A stretch of DNA of 64,000 bases from contig CM121343.1 in assembly GCA_051530055.1 (NCBI GenBank), positions 1,086,389-1,150,388 of the forward strand, in the 5' to 3' direction. The notes under the pieces were generated by a model. The model saw nothing but the letters and a program-made list of their open reading frames with translations, did not search any database and was not told the DNA's origin. The DNA is from Neoechinorhynchus agilis (taxonomy: Eukaryota > Animalia > Acanthocephala). Below are positions 45,370-58,580 of the stretch, one piece after another. The position numbers and the translations under genes were made by a program. How positions within the stretch are numbered: position 1 is the first letter of the stretch; each line of letters opens with the position of its first letter.

Positions 45370-48300
45370 ATAATGTTCTAAATGCGAAAAATATATACGC
45401 AGCATGCCGTATTCGATAAAAACAGATACGCATGGGTATGCTAATGTGTATTCATATAAGTAAACAAACAAGTACCGCTTAGATAAAGTGATCCAAAAGC
45501 GTTCGCCTTTACATAGATCAAATAAAAACAAAAGTGATGATTTCATGTCATCTCCGATACCCGCTGATGGAAATGAGCTCATTCTTAAAACGAGTAGACA
45601 AAGACAGACCCGGTGCTTTCAGGTCCTGTTTGTGTCAACACGAGACCCTTCTCCATCCTATTAACGAGGGTCCAAAAGTGATTGCTGCCATGATATACCG
45701 ACAAGACGGAGTACTTCGCAGGCTCAAATGGACCCTCTTGACAAAGTTCTTCGATGCCGTGGAATTGGTCTAAAACTATAGGCTCCAAACCGTCGACGGA
45801 AAACCCATCAAACGTGATCTCACCCTTCTTGACCGTCGGACAAATGTAGTCAATGTCATTGATATAGCAGTGTTACTATGAAACTCACAAAGACCGAGGC
45901 GAAGAAATGATGGCACATAAAGAGGATTAGTATAGAGAAATAATTCTTGAAGTGGCAAAATGTTTTAAAACAAAGACCCACCAGCACGGGTCATTCTAAA
46001 TTTTTTAACGAAAAGATTGCGGACGCGCAAGAGGAGAAAGCAATAATCGATGTGAATCATTAAATTTTCAACAACCGGTGTCACGCAGGAGTGATGAGTT
46101 CGAAGAACGTGTTGCTTGCGATATGTGCAATCCAACGATCTATGGCTTGGGTTTCTGCAGTGCAATTGTCGACCGCTTAAAGAGGATCATCGATTATCGT
46201 GATTAAATGCGGCTCGTGTCATAAAAAATATACCGATGTCGTATCTGCACACAGCCATGTGAACCAATGTCAGGAAAAAGATGTACTAAAGAAAACGCAA
46301 ACAATAGCAGAGCCGCAGTGTATCACTGCGTCCTCAAATGCTATATCAATAATACCCCGTCTGCCGTATGATTGAAGACCTCACGTTTTGCACAAAGCAA
46401 GCTCAACGCAAGCGATCGACCTATTGAATGACTACGGAATTAGCTTTACCTACTTTCGTAGGTGTCAGGGAAGTGCCGAGCCAGTTCTTGTCTATGAATC
46501 ACGCAACACAGTCAAAAAGCAGGTGAAGGGGCATCTATTTTATCCGGTCGACTGTGCTTGCGGTAATCGAGGCGTATGAGAGCGTGGATGAGCTAAGCAA
46601 CAATAATCTCCATCCAAGATACAGAAGTTTTGAGATTTACAGAGATACCCACCGTCGATCGGAAGACTCCAGTACAAAGCAGCGTCAAAAAGCAGGTGTG
46701 AAGGGGCATCTATTTTAACCGGTCGACTGTGCTTGCGGTAATCGAGGCGTATGAGAGCGTGGTGGATGAGCTAAGCAACAATAATCTCCACCCATGATAC
46801 AGAAGTTTTGAGATTTAGAGAGATATTCATCGTCGATGGGAAGGCTCCATTGATAAAGCAAAATACGTTTCCAATAATTTTCAAAGAATTATTCATGTTC
46901 ATTGAGGCCCCAAGATGCCTCCATAGGTTCGCGGTGCAAAGTCTAAAAGAAACCTTCAGCTCCAAAATCGCTCAATTCATCAGCGAACAAAATAGAACGA
47001 TGCGCGGAACGTACGAGCAGCGATAGGAAACAGACGGCGATTTGCAATGTACAAAAAACGGAAGAATTCTTATCCGTTCAATTATTTGGCGCGCGTTTAA
47101 ATTTTTATCATCGTTTTTTATCGACAAAATTTGTGAAAATTAGTAATGTAGTCTGCTTGCTCGAAGTCTATAAATTAACATGAATTTTATTCGGTTTTTA
47201 TGATATTCTATGAAAAATGTTCATTATTGAATTGAAGCGCAGTTTTTAGTTTTTTTGGATGGAAATTTATAATCGATTTTAAAGCTATCCGCATATAAAA
47301 AATGTTTTTTCAATGAGATAGGCCGATTGGTGGAAAAGAACTTAGTTTCAAAAAATTTGCAAACTAACTTTGCAGCGGAGGATGACAAACGGCAACCTTA
47401 TCTTATAAAGGTTCAGTCTTCTAGCGTCAAAAAGGCTGACCTTTTGCGTTCTATATATCGTAATTTCCTGCGCAAACTGTCTTAGCAGTTCTTGACAGCG
47501 TTCTTCGCTTACCGACCGATAAGCTAGCTGAGAATTCGTTGTGTGGTCTCGGTCGGTCTTTTTTGAGGTCTTTCTTTACACAATGCAGCCGAACGTTGAC
47601 CTCTCGGATTCTGCCGTGCCGACTGTGACGTCATCAATTGAGTTGGATTACCCTGTGCCCATAACACGACAACCGGACGACGTCGAGTTGAATGATGATG
47701 ATGACGCAATGGCTTTACAACGACAGGCCGCGTTATCAAACCTCCAGGCCACCTCTTCTCCGAAAGGTTTTTGTTCGGAATGCGGTGGTTGTTTTTGCCT
47801 TAACAAATCCTTGTTAGTACGGATACACGGTCCCTTCAGATCCCGCTGTTCTGGTTCCTCCCGCCCCCAAGATCTGTCATCCCGAACCCACTACCTCCTC
47901 GGAATGTCCCAGCGCCTCAGGTCATTCCCACGAAATTCCCTGATATCTTGCGCGCTCTGCGCAGTAACATCCTGAAACGGATCCCAAAGGGCGCTCGGTA
48001 TCAGATGACGAAGTCATTTAGTGCTTTGCTAAGGGATTGCTTAGAAAACGGGTCTGACATTGCATGGACACGTCTCTTCGCTTTTCCCAGGCTGGTTCTT
48101 AGCGCTGGTGACCGTTCGGAGGGGTTGTTGGTCAGTTCAATCAAAGAAAGAATCGCCTCCTTCGATCAACTCTTTTCGGGCGCAATTCGAGCTGCCGATC
48201 GCGGACATACAGAACAACCTATACACAGTAATTTTTCGGCTAGGGCATCGATTTCTTCTTCAATCTGAGATTTTAGTTCGTTTGATTCGATTGCTGCCGT

Positions 48301-49790
48301 GGCGACATCCGGGGAGCTGTTCGCATCCTTTCCTCCTCTAAAGTTTTTACCCAGGTTAACGAGGAAACTCTCAAAACCCTGAATCAAAAACATCCTCCAT
48401 CGGAACCACCGAAAATCCCGACTTGCCTCGCGGCTGCCTCGAAGTCTCCCTGCTCTGTAAAGGAACTCAATTCAGCGATATCCTAACGAGTGTCCAAAAG
48501 TGATTGCTGCCATGATATACCGATAAGACGGAGTACTTCGCAGACTCAGATGGTCCCTCTTGACAAAGTTTTTCGGTGCCGTGGAATTGGTCGAAAACTA
48601 TAGGCTCCAAACCGTCGACGGAAAACCCCTCAAACGTGATCTTACCCTTCTTGACCGTCGGACAAATGAAGTCAAGGTCATTGATATAGCAGTGTTATTA
48701 TGAAACTCACAAAGACCGGGGCGAAGAAGTGATGGCACATAAAGAGGATAAGTATAGAGCAATAACTCCTGCAGTGGCAAAATATGTAAAAGCAAAGACC
48801 CACCAGCACTGGTCATTTGAAATTTTTAAACGAAAAGACTGCGGACGCGCAAGAGGAGAAAGCAATAATCGATGTGAATCATTAAATTTGCAACAACCGC
48901 TGTCACGCAAGAGTGGTGAGATCGATGAACGTGTTGCTTGCGATATATGCAATCCAACGATCTATGGCTTGGATTTCTGCAGTGCAATTGTCGACCGCTT
49001 AAAGATGGACCACCAATCGTCGATTATCGCGGTTAAATACGGCCCGTGTCATAAAAAATATAACGATGTGGTATATGCACGCAGCCATGTTAACCAATGT
49101 CGGGAAAAAGATGTATTAAAGAAAACGCAACCAATGGCAGAGCCGCAGTGTATCACTGCATCCTCAAATGCTATATCAATAATCCCCCGTCTGCCGTATG
49201 ATTGAAGACCTTACGTTTTGTACAATACAAACTCAACGCAGGCGATCGACCTATTGAATGACTACGGAATTAGCTTTACCTACTTTCGTAGGTGTGTCAG
49301 GGAAGTGCAGAGCCAGTTCTTGTCTATGAATCATGCGGCACAGTATAAAAGCAGGTGAAGGGGCATCTATTTTATCCGGTCGACTGTGCTTTGTAATCGA
49401 GGCGTATGAGAGCGTGGTGGATGAGCTAAGCAACAATAATCTCCATCCAAGATACAGAAGTTTTGAGATTTACAGAGATACCCACCGTCGATCGGAAGGC
49501 TCCAGTACAAAGCAGCGTCAAAAAGCAGGTGTGAAGGGGCATCTTATTTTATCCGGTCGACTGCGCTTGCGGTAATCGAGGCGTATGAGAGCGTGGTGAT
49601 GAGCTAAGCAACAATAATCTCCATCCAAGATACAGAAGTTTTGAGATTTAGAGAGATATTCATCGTCGATGGGAAGGCTCTATTGATAAAGCAAAATACG
49701 TTTCCAATAATTTTCAAAGAATTACTCATGTTCATTGAGGCCCCAAGATGCCTCCATAGGTTCGCGGTGCAAAGTCTAAAAGAAACGTTC
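45370..49790 (+). repeat. Inverted, more diverged duplicate of 1-4200 (RLE-ZF unit, family A, CRE fragment; ~2.8-kb period)
   Basis: Matching ORFs, for example 47541..47975 vs 1751..2026 and 45534..45773 vs 3798..4037. Confidence 0.9.
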
Positions 49791-50310
49791 AGCTCCAAAA
49801 TCGCTCAATTCATCAGCGAACAAAATAGAACGATGCGCGGAACGTACGAGCAGCGATAGGAAACAGACGGCGATTTGCAATGTACAAAAAACGGAAGAAT
49901 TCTTATCCGTTCAATTATTTGTGCGCGCGTTTAAATTTTTATCATCGTTTTTTTATCGAGATAATTTGTGAAAATTATTAATGTAGTCTGCTTGCTCGAA
50001 GTCTATAAATTAACATGAATTTTATTCGGTTTTTATGATATTCTATTAAAAATGTTCATTATTGAATTAACGCGCAGTTTTTAGTTTTTTTGGATGAAAA
50101 TTTATAATCGATTTGTAAAGCTATCCGCATATAAAAAATGTTTTTTCAATGAGATAGGCCGATTGGTGGAAAAGAACTTAGTTTCAAAAAATTTGCAAAC
50201 TAACTTTGCAGCGGAGGATGACAAACGGCAACCTTATCTTATAAAGGTTCAGTCTTCTAGCGTCAAAAAGGCTGAGCTTTTGTACTGTGGTCTCGGTCGG
50301 TCTTACTGAC

Positions 50311-50352
50311 AATCACTGAAGAAGACCAAAGCATTGGTCGAAAATTCTGATT
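50311..50352 (+). ncRNA. Minimal type I hammerhead ribozyme (Penelope-type)
   Basis: AATCA-CTGAAGA-A-GACCAA-agca-TTGGTC-GAAA-ATT-C-TGATT: stem I 5 bp, stem II 6 bp, palindromic stem III. Confidence 0.72.
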
Positions 50353-50719
50353 AATATATTCATAATTTTTTCCTTCAGTTCACCATCATAATTAATTCCT
50401 AAATGAATATCTACACAAGTGTGATAACTGTGTAATTTGGATCCCCAGCGGGACCCTTGTTGAGGACCGTTCCTATGAGCTTAAAGCTCAAATCATTTCC
50501 GTGCACCTGGAGTGGAGCCGCCTTACAATCCTACTCTAATCCATCCACAAAGGTTTGCTTACTATCTTGTAGATAACAAGGCTTGCTAGACAGAACTTTA
50601 TCCAGCATTTCTATGAAGTCGGAAGTGCCGCTGACATATTTTTCCACATGCCGTGATCGCCTGACTACTTTGTTGAATTTTTTTTATTCATTTCAAGGAG
50701 CCGCAAGGTATAAGCGTGA

Positions 50720-52075
50720 ATGACTTGAGTAAATTAGGTTGCTCCGATCCGGTCCTTTCTATGTTGATCCAGCGGTAAGTCTTGTCGGACCAATCGGGTG
50801 TATGCGTCCACAGGTAAGGAAGATTTGCGAGAGCTTTATGAAAGGTGTTGCGGAACAGTAGGCGTTGGTCAGGAGGACGGCCGCGCTAGTAAAAAAACAA
50901 GGCCCGATGTAGCCCAGGAGTTCCAAATAGTACGTGGACATTTGATTGGAAGGCCTAACTGTTGGGATTTTCTAGCCTTGACGTTGGCGATTCTTATTAT
51001 TTTTTTTAATTTTGCAAGATCATGAGTGGCCGAGAACTTTGAAGTAAAAGTGTAGCCCAGAATAGTCAGCTTAGTAGAGACTTTGCCGGTATTAATATCA
51101 AAAAAGGTATTGAAAGCCTCCAATAGCTTCAGTTTGTCCCTCCGTCACCTAGTTTTAGTTATGAACTGGGCTTTCCTAGGATTTAGTTCCGATCCCATCA
51201 AAGGAAGCGTGGCATCTAGGAAAGATAGGAGATCGAGAAGGCGTTTTTTGCTCTAACGTAATTGATTTCCTTGATGACCACTGTCATATCATCGGCGTAA
51301 ATCGAGATATTCTGGCAAACCCTACAGCTCTGAATGATAAACTGGCTGTCGAGGCAAAACAAAATAGGCGACAGAGGGGATCCCTGTGGAACACCTTTGG
51401 TTGGATAATATATTTTATTCTCGGGATCATCCTGAAAGAAGAACGATTTGGTCAGCAGTGTGTTAGAGATCCGAGCAATAATATTGTACGGGAAGTTAAA
51501 AAACTTAAGAATATTTATAATAAACTCGATATGGAGGTTGTCAAACGCCCGGGAAATATCAAACGAAATCAATAGATTAGTTGATAATTGATTGTTTGGC
51601 ATGAGAGAAAGTTGGAAAAGGAGGGCAAATAACCTCGTGGTGATCTGTGGCACGCGATACCGCTCGAATCCACTTCCCAGAGGGGTCATTAAAATCCCCG
51701 AAAAAAGATCAGCCCCCGAGAGCAATAGCCCTTTCAGTACTTTAGGTCGAACATATACATTTTGCTACTAATATTTTTATACCGTCGTGTATTAATGAGA
51801 ACAAGGCGTAAGATAGATCCGAACTAACGAAGTTACTGATAAGAACCGGAAAAAGATTGGTTCTGAAGATTGACAAAAGGCCCTGGGAAAGCGGCATAGA
51901 TGGAGGAGTAATGAATGTGGAGAAATTCGAGCCGAGCTGAGCGATAGATTCGGGCAAATCGAACGAGCGATAGACGCGTTTGGCTTCTTGAATGAAGATT
52001 ATCTCGGCATTATGGGCTACGAGGGCTATATTGGGCAAACCAGCGCGACCGCCTGCGTTCCACTGCCTCATTCTT
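50720..52075 (-). mobile_element. Internally deleted APE-RT LINE, family of 32429-36372
   Basis: QWNAGG..FIQEAK (APE) closely followed by FDISRAFD, PQGSPLSP, YADD and a GRP tail. Confidence 0.8.
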
Positions 52076-52329
52076 GTGATCAGAAGCAGTATAGAATCTA
52101 TTCCGGGTTAGTCGATTAAGCTTTCGAATATGGCGATTCAAAACAGCTTTTTCTTCAATATCCATGTGATCTTTGACAAAGAACTCTACAAGTTGACAAT
52201 ATTCTGAACTTATCCATCTATTGACATTCTCTAGGCAGTTATTATAGGAGATCGAATTGTTTTTGACATTGTTTACCATACATGAAATAGTATTATCAAG
52301 CATGCGCTCCATCATGTTCTTTTTCCGTA

Positions 52330-53390
52330 GCGAATTGTCAAAACCAAGAGCAGGTGATCTTAGATGAAGGAAACTTGGAAAAACACCATAGTTTTTGCAG
52401 TCCTATAAGAAATCAAGAGCCATCAGTGATCTTATATTCCTTAGACCAAATTTGTTCAATTCCCTTACCGCTTGAAGAGCAGACTCCCCATAGATCTGCT
52501 TTGTACTGTTGAAAATAAAATCCATATGTGTACTGGAGCTACCTAGTTATGGCCCCGATTTCATTCCTTATACGCCACCTAAGAAGTTTGAATACAGAAT
52601 CAAGCCAGAGAAGCGAGCGTGTATAGGAAATATGGTGTCCCGCATCGTTTTGTTCCATGGAGTTCAATGCAACCGCAAAAATAAAAAAAATGTCTATGAT
52701 TAGATGTTTAGTTCACAGAGCTTTTACACACTGTAGTGATGAATTTATACGGGATGAAGAGCTTAATTTCCTGTTCGACTTATCGGGCAGACTCGGTTAT
52801 CCTCTACATTTGGTAAAAAGATGCCTTGAAGGAGTGGGACGCAGCCTGGTAAGGGTTTCTAATGTGAAGAAATTGAAGATTTTCCTAGAGGTCCCATTCC
52901 ATGATGAATCCTTGTTCAGGAAGATGCAGAGGACACTACAAACAGTGTCGGAAGGGACGTAATTTACACACTGCTTTGTCCCAACAAAAAGGCGAGCCTC
53001 AATCTGGATCAGTATATAAGATCCCATGTAGTGAATGTAGTCAGGTCTACATCGGACAAACGAACGATCTAAATAGGAGAATTCAAGAGCACAAGCGATC
53101 GATAAATAGAAAGAATGACATGAGTTCTGCAGTGGTCTCACTGGACATCAGATCGACTTTGATAACATACAAGTGTTATTACGAAATCACGATCGATTCA
53201 GTCGTGTGGTCATGGAAGCTGTGTATATCCAGTCGTCATCCATTTTTGATGGAAACAAGCCGGATTACAGATTGAAGCTTCGGATTCCACCCGATAAGAT
53301 CAACGTGTGATAGTTTTGGCATTCCCTACCTCTCTTTTTAGAATTCGCTGAAGAAGATCCTTGTTTGGATCGAAATATTCAATCAATAAA
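52330..53390 (+). mobile_element. Penelope-like element 3' part (RT thumb, GIY-YIG, terminal hammerhead-like motif)
   Basis: IRCLVHRAFTHCS..GYP; SVYKIPCSECSQVYIGQT..RRIQEH; CTGAAGA-A-GATCC..GGATC-GAAA-TATT-C at 53348-53380. Confidence 0.85.
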
Positions 53391-53491
53391 TTAATTCTTA
53401 CTTCAATTCCCATATCTCAAACATGTGGATTTTATTTTCAACACTCTTGAGCAATCTCGGGCCTAGTTTTTTACTCAAGAAGAGGACCCCC

Positions 53492-56400
53492 TGTGGTAAG
53501 TACGCTATTGATTGGGCTAGCGTAAATGGGCATAAAATAGTGTGTGTTGTACAAAAGCAGTTTTGTTGTAAACTGGTGGCTGTTTGGTTCATCCACCATG
53601 TCAACATCTGGCGACGAGGACAAATGGAAGACATGGATGGAGGGTATCATGGGACAGCAAAAGGTGTGGATGGAAGAGATGTTCAAAATGGTGTCCAAGG
53701 CCCAGGTTGAACAGAAAAATGTGACACGAGGAGCACAGATAACCCCATTCCGCACTTTCCATGGAGTCGAGAACTGGGCCGAGTACGTAGAACAAGCCGA
53801 AGCCAACAAGGAAATCAATGGAATCAAAGAAAGCGACGAAGAAAAGCGTAGATCCTGTCTATTGGCCTGGATGGGTCCAAAGATTTACACAGAGCTAAAG
53901 AAGATGGTAGCCGGCCGACCGTTCGACGAAGTCAGCTATGTAGATGTCAAGTCGCTGATTGACGCTCACGTAGCACAGCCAATGCACCAGATAACGGCGC
54001 GCTACCTCTTTAGTACATGCCATAAAGCAGAAGGACAAACTCACGCCGAGTGGGCTACAGCACTACGAGGAGCTGCACGAGGATGCGGTTTCTACAACAA
54101 GGAAGTTAAGGATGAACGATCAGCGGTCGACGAAAGGATTAAGGATCATATAATCGTGGCGACACCTTCGAAAACTTTAAGAAAAGGTGCGATGCAAGGC
54201 AAGGATTCAGCATCATTGGAGGAAGTCTTAAAGATTGCCGAAGCGATCGAGGTAGCAGAAAAGGCGAGTGAGCTGTTATGTGATTCAAAAAGTAACGAGC
54301 GTTCGGATCAAAGAGGAGAGGTCGAGATTGATCGAATAATAAGAAGTCAAAGGTTCACAAGGAAATCAGAGGATAAGCGAATACAAGAACCGAAAGAGAA
54401 GTTCGGTAATCGATGTGGAAAGTGCGGATTCGTTCATCGAGATAAAGTTCAATGTCCGGCAAGTAGAGGAAAATGTTACAAGTGTGGTATTAGCGGACAT
54501 TTTGCCCGAATGTGTAGAAAAGCGGGGTTGAGACAAGTAGAAGCTGTAAAAGGAGTGCAGCCTAGAGGATGAGTGGGAACTTAAGAAAGATTATGGTTGT
54601 TATGGGCTGATCTGCACTGCAAATGACGAGGGTAATCGAGCAGAAATAACGGCGAGGGTCGATGGATGTCAAGTGACAATGAATTTTGATACTGGCGCGG
54701 AAGTTAGTATCATCGACGAGGATATGTGGAATAAGATCGGAAAGCCGAGTTTGAAAGCGACGAAGCGATTGAAGGCGTTTGGAGGATCCGAAATCGACTG
54801 TCTGGGCAAGTGTAAAGTGAGAATCGAAACAAGAGGGATAAAGAAGAATACAGTGGTGCACGTGGTAAAAGGAACGAAGGGATGTTTATGGGGGATTGAC
54901 TGGATAAAGCTGTTTGATATGGAGTTACCCCCTTCAGTGATCGTCAGGGGAATAAAACCCGTACAGGAGTCAGTGGATGAGATGCTAAAACAGTTTAAAG
55001 TACTTTTCGAGGAGAAGTGTACCCCCATCAGGAATTTCAGAGTAACACTGCCGATTGCAGACGGTGCTCAGCCCACGTGGATACCAGCGAGGAGAGTGCC
55101 GTGGGCATTACAGGATGCGGTAGTTAAAGAAATGGAACGATTGACGAACAAGGGGGTATTGGAACGAGTGCAGACAGGCGACACAAATTTAAAATGGGGA
55201 ACCCCTATGGTCATCACGAAGAAAAGTAATGGACAAATACGAATCTGTGCGGATTTCAGAATCACCGTCAATAAAGCTTTAAGGCAGGACAGCTATCATA
55301 TGCCAACTTTCGACAACATGCTACAGAGATTGGGGAATGGCAAGAAGTACTCTACTATTGATTTATCGGATGCTTACTTGCAGTTAGAGGTGGCAGACGA
55401 CCATAGGAAACTCCTAAATATATCGACTCCATGGGGATTGTTCCGGTACCGGAGGATGCCGTTCGGACTAAGTTGCGCTCCGCAGATATTCCAGAAATTT
55501 ATAGACAATTTGTTGATAGATATCCCAAGTACCGGAGCTTATCTCGACGATATAATCATCTCCGGAAAGAATGACGCAGAACATCTCCAAAATTTAAAGG
55601 CAGTGCTCGAGCGACTTGAGGAGGCAGGGATAGGCATCAAAAGAGATAAATGTAGATTTATGGAAGCACAGGTGAGGTATTTGGGGCACAGCTTAGAAGA
55701 CGGGAAAATAAAACCGCAAGGAGAAAAGGTGACTGCGATAACGTCGGCGCGATACCCACGAAATAAAAAAGAGCTTAAGTCGTTCATCGGTATGGTCAAC
55801 TATCTAGAACGCCTCATTCCCGAATTGCAATCTCACTGCAGGGGATTGTATGCGTTACTGAAACAAGGAGTTCCGTGGAAATGGGGAAAGTATGAGAAGG
55901 ACATCTTCGATGGAGTAAAGCGAGTGGTCCAAAATCACAAGGTCTTAGTACCTTTCGATATCAAAAGAATGACTGTGCTGACATGCGACGCAAGCGAAGA
56001 AGGAATTGGTGCGGGATTGTTCCATAAGAAGGAAGATGGGAGCAAAGAACCGATCATGTTTGTATCCCGGACACTTACCTCAGCGGAAAAGAAATACGCG
56101 ACTATAGAAAAGGAAGCTTTAGCAGTCGTCAGCTCGATCAAAAGGTTCCACCAATTCTTATATGGACATCGATTCATCTTAGAGACCGATCACAAACCCC
56201 TGAAGCATATTTTTGGAATGCGGAGAGATTTGTCCAAGATGACGAATAATCGACTGGTACGCTGGGGCCTGTTCTTGAATCAATACGACTTTGAGATCGA
56301 ATATGTTCAAGGGGTCGAGAACAAATGTGCTGATTTTTGTCGAGATTTCCGGTAGACCCTCCAAAGCAGAAATACTCAGAGGAGGAGACAATAACGCTAC

Positions 56401-57914
56401 GAATGGTGCAAGAGGAGAAGGTGGAGGCTTGCGGTTTAACGAAGTCAAGATTGAAAGCGGAATCGATTGAAGATCGTCAACTGGTAAGGATTGGACGATA
56501 TTTGCAGCTCGGGTGGCCGAAAACGATGCTCGATACGGACAGGCAGTTCGCGGCCCGAGCAGATGAGTTATCCTGCGAAAACGGCATTGTCATGCACTTA
56601 CAAAGAATTGTCATCCCATTTTCTCTGAGAAAGGAAGTGTTAAATATGTTACATCGTGGTCATCCAGGAATTGAAGGCACAAAAGCTCTATGCCGATATT
56701 ACGCATGGTGGCCCGGTATAGAAGATGACATACGGCGGAAGGTAGAAGGTTTCGAAAGGTGCCAAATAGCCCGACCAAATATTCAGCAACTGCCGCTTAT
56801 ACCTTGTGACTGTCCGGCGGAAATGTGGGAGCGCGTGCACATCGATTTGGCGGGACCGACAAACTCCAAGATGTATTTGGCGATCGTAGATGCAAGGAGT
56901 AAGTGGCCCGAGGTTTGGTTCTTCAATACATGCAAAATAACATCCGAAATGGTGATCGATCGGATGAGGGAAACATTTGCTCGATTCGGGACTCCAAAGA
57001 AAATTGTTAACGATAACGGGCCTCAATTTATGTCGCAACAGTTCAAGGGGTTTTGCGAAGAAAATGAGATCGAGATCATAAAGGCGAGTCCGTACCACCC
57101 ACAAACGAATGGGTTGGTAGAACGATTTATAGGAACCCTTAAACGACGCGGAATGGCAGGGGAAGGAATGGATACTCGAAGGGCACTTACGGAATTTCGA
57201 CAAACATACCGAAACACGCCTCATGCAATCACAGGAAAAGCTCTAGCAGAAATGATGTTAGGGAGGAGGAGGATGAATACAGTGTTCGACAATATCAGAC
57301 CAAATACAGAGGAAACAGTGCGAGACAGGACAGCGCGAAGACAGAGGCAGAGACCGGATGGGCGTTATCGCGAGTTTGGGGAAGGCAATGAAGTGTGGTG
57401 GAAAAAAGGAAGAGCTGGGAAATGGCAAAAGGGAGTCGTGGAGCAACGATCAGGACCGGTGTCCTATCGAATCGTCGATAAAAACGGAACGCAAAATAGG
57501 GCGCACGGGGATTTCGTGAGGCAAAGAGAAGGCTACGAAGAATGTGAACAAGAAAAGGATAATGTGAGCATAAAGGTCGAAGAGGAAGAACTTCAAAGGA
57601 AGGTAGAGTTCGATGCAGAAGATGGAGGTGAAGTCACGAAATCAGGGCAGGCCGAGATGCAACCGAAGTTAAAGAAAAACGAAGACCGAGAGCACGCAAC
57701 ACCTTTCTTAAGGAGAAGTCAACGTCATCGGAGGCCTCCTATACGGCAGTACGACGAATACCGCAAAATAGGTTAGGAATTTGCGGGGGAGGAAATGTGG
57801 TAAGTACGCTATTGATTGGGCTAGCGTAAATGGGCATAAAATAGTGTGTGTTGTACAAAAGCAGTTTTGTTGTAATAAACTGGTCGGCTGTTTGGTTCAT
57901 CCACCATGTCAACA
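53492..57914 (+). mobile_element. Near-complete Ty3/Gypsy (Mag-like) LTR retrotransposon
   Basis: LTRs TG..CA at 53492-53606 and 57796-57914, CCCC flanks, PBS tggcgacgag and PPT gcgggggaggaaa. Gag has a CCHC knuckle; pol has DTGAE, YLDD, DASEEGIG, and integrase GHPG/DNGPQF/HPQTNGLVERF. Two frame breaks. Confidence 0.96.
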
Positions 57915-58580
57915 CCCCGAATAACGATTAAAGAACATTATCACTTTCCTAGAGGCTCTGGGCAAACTCCCTTACTCCTGGAAACAAGCGCTTAAATGGA
58001 CAGCGATGATATAACTTTATTAATATCGAATTATAATTATTGCTACACATAAATTATGTCGGTTAATCAGCCAATGTCTTCCTTCAAATAAATCTTATGT
58101 ATGCATCAGGAGCAGAGCCTCGTGTTAGGATAATTCATCAATTCATTCATTCACACAGCACCGAAACCTGCAGTTGAAGATTTACAATCTCTTTTTCCAC
58201 ATTTTAGTGAAAAATAGAGCTTCCTAGAAGATGTAACAGGTGTAAAGTGATCTCGCAGGATTCAGTTCAATGTCAATTTTTGTGACTAAGTGATCAAGCT
58301 ATTGCAATTATAAATTTTATTAGCAACGTTCGACGTCTAAAATCCAATTCGTTAGGACGCAACGTAGTGACCAAAGTTTAAGTTTTGATGAAATCCGATT
58401 TAAATCGGTTATAGAATTTGCTAGTTAAAAATCTCGTAGACTACTGGGATTTGAAATTAACCTTATTTCTCGTGAAAAATACGGAAGCCAATCCCCTGCA
58501 CATATCTCTTGCTTTTTTAATTAAAACAGCGTTTTAGAAAGGCCAACTAATTCTTTGGGTTCACTCGAATACGGACTTTT

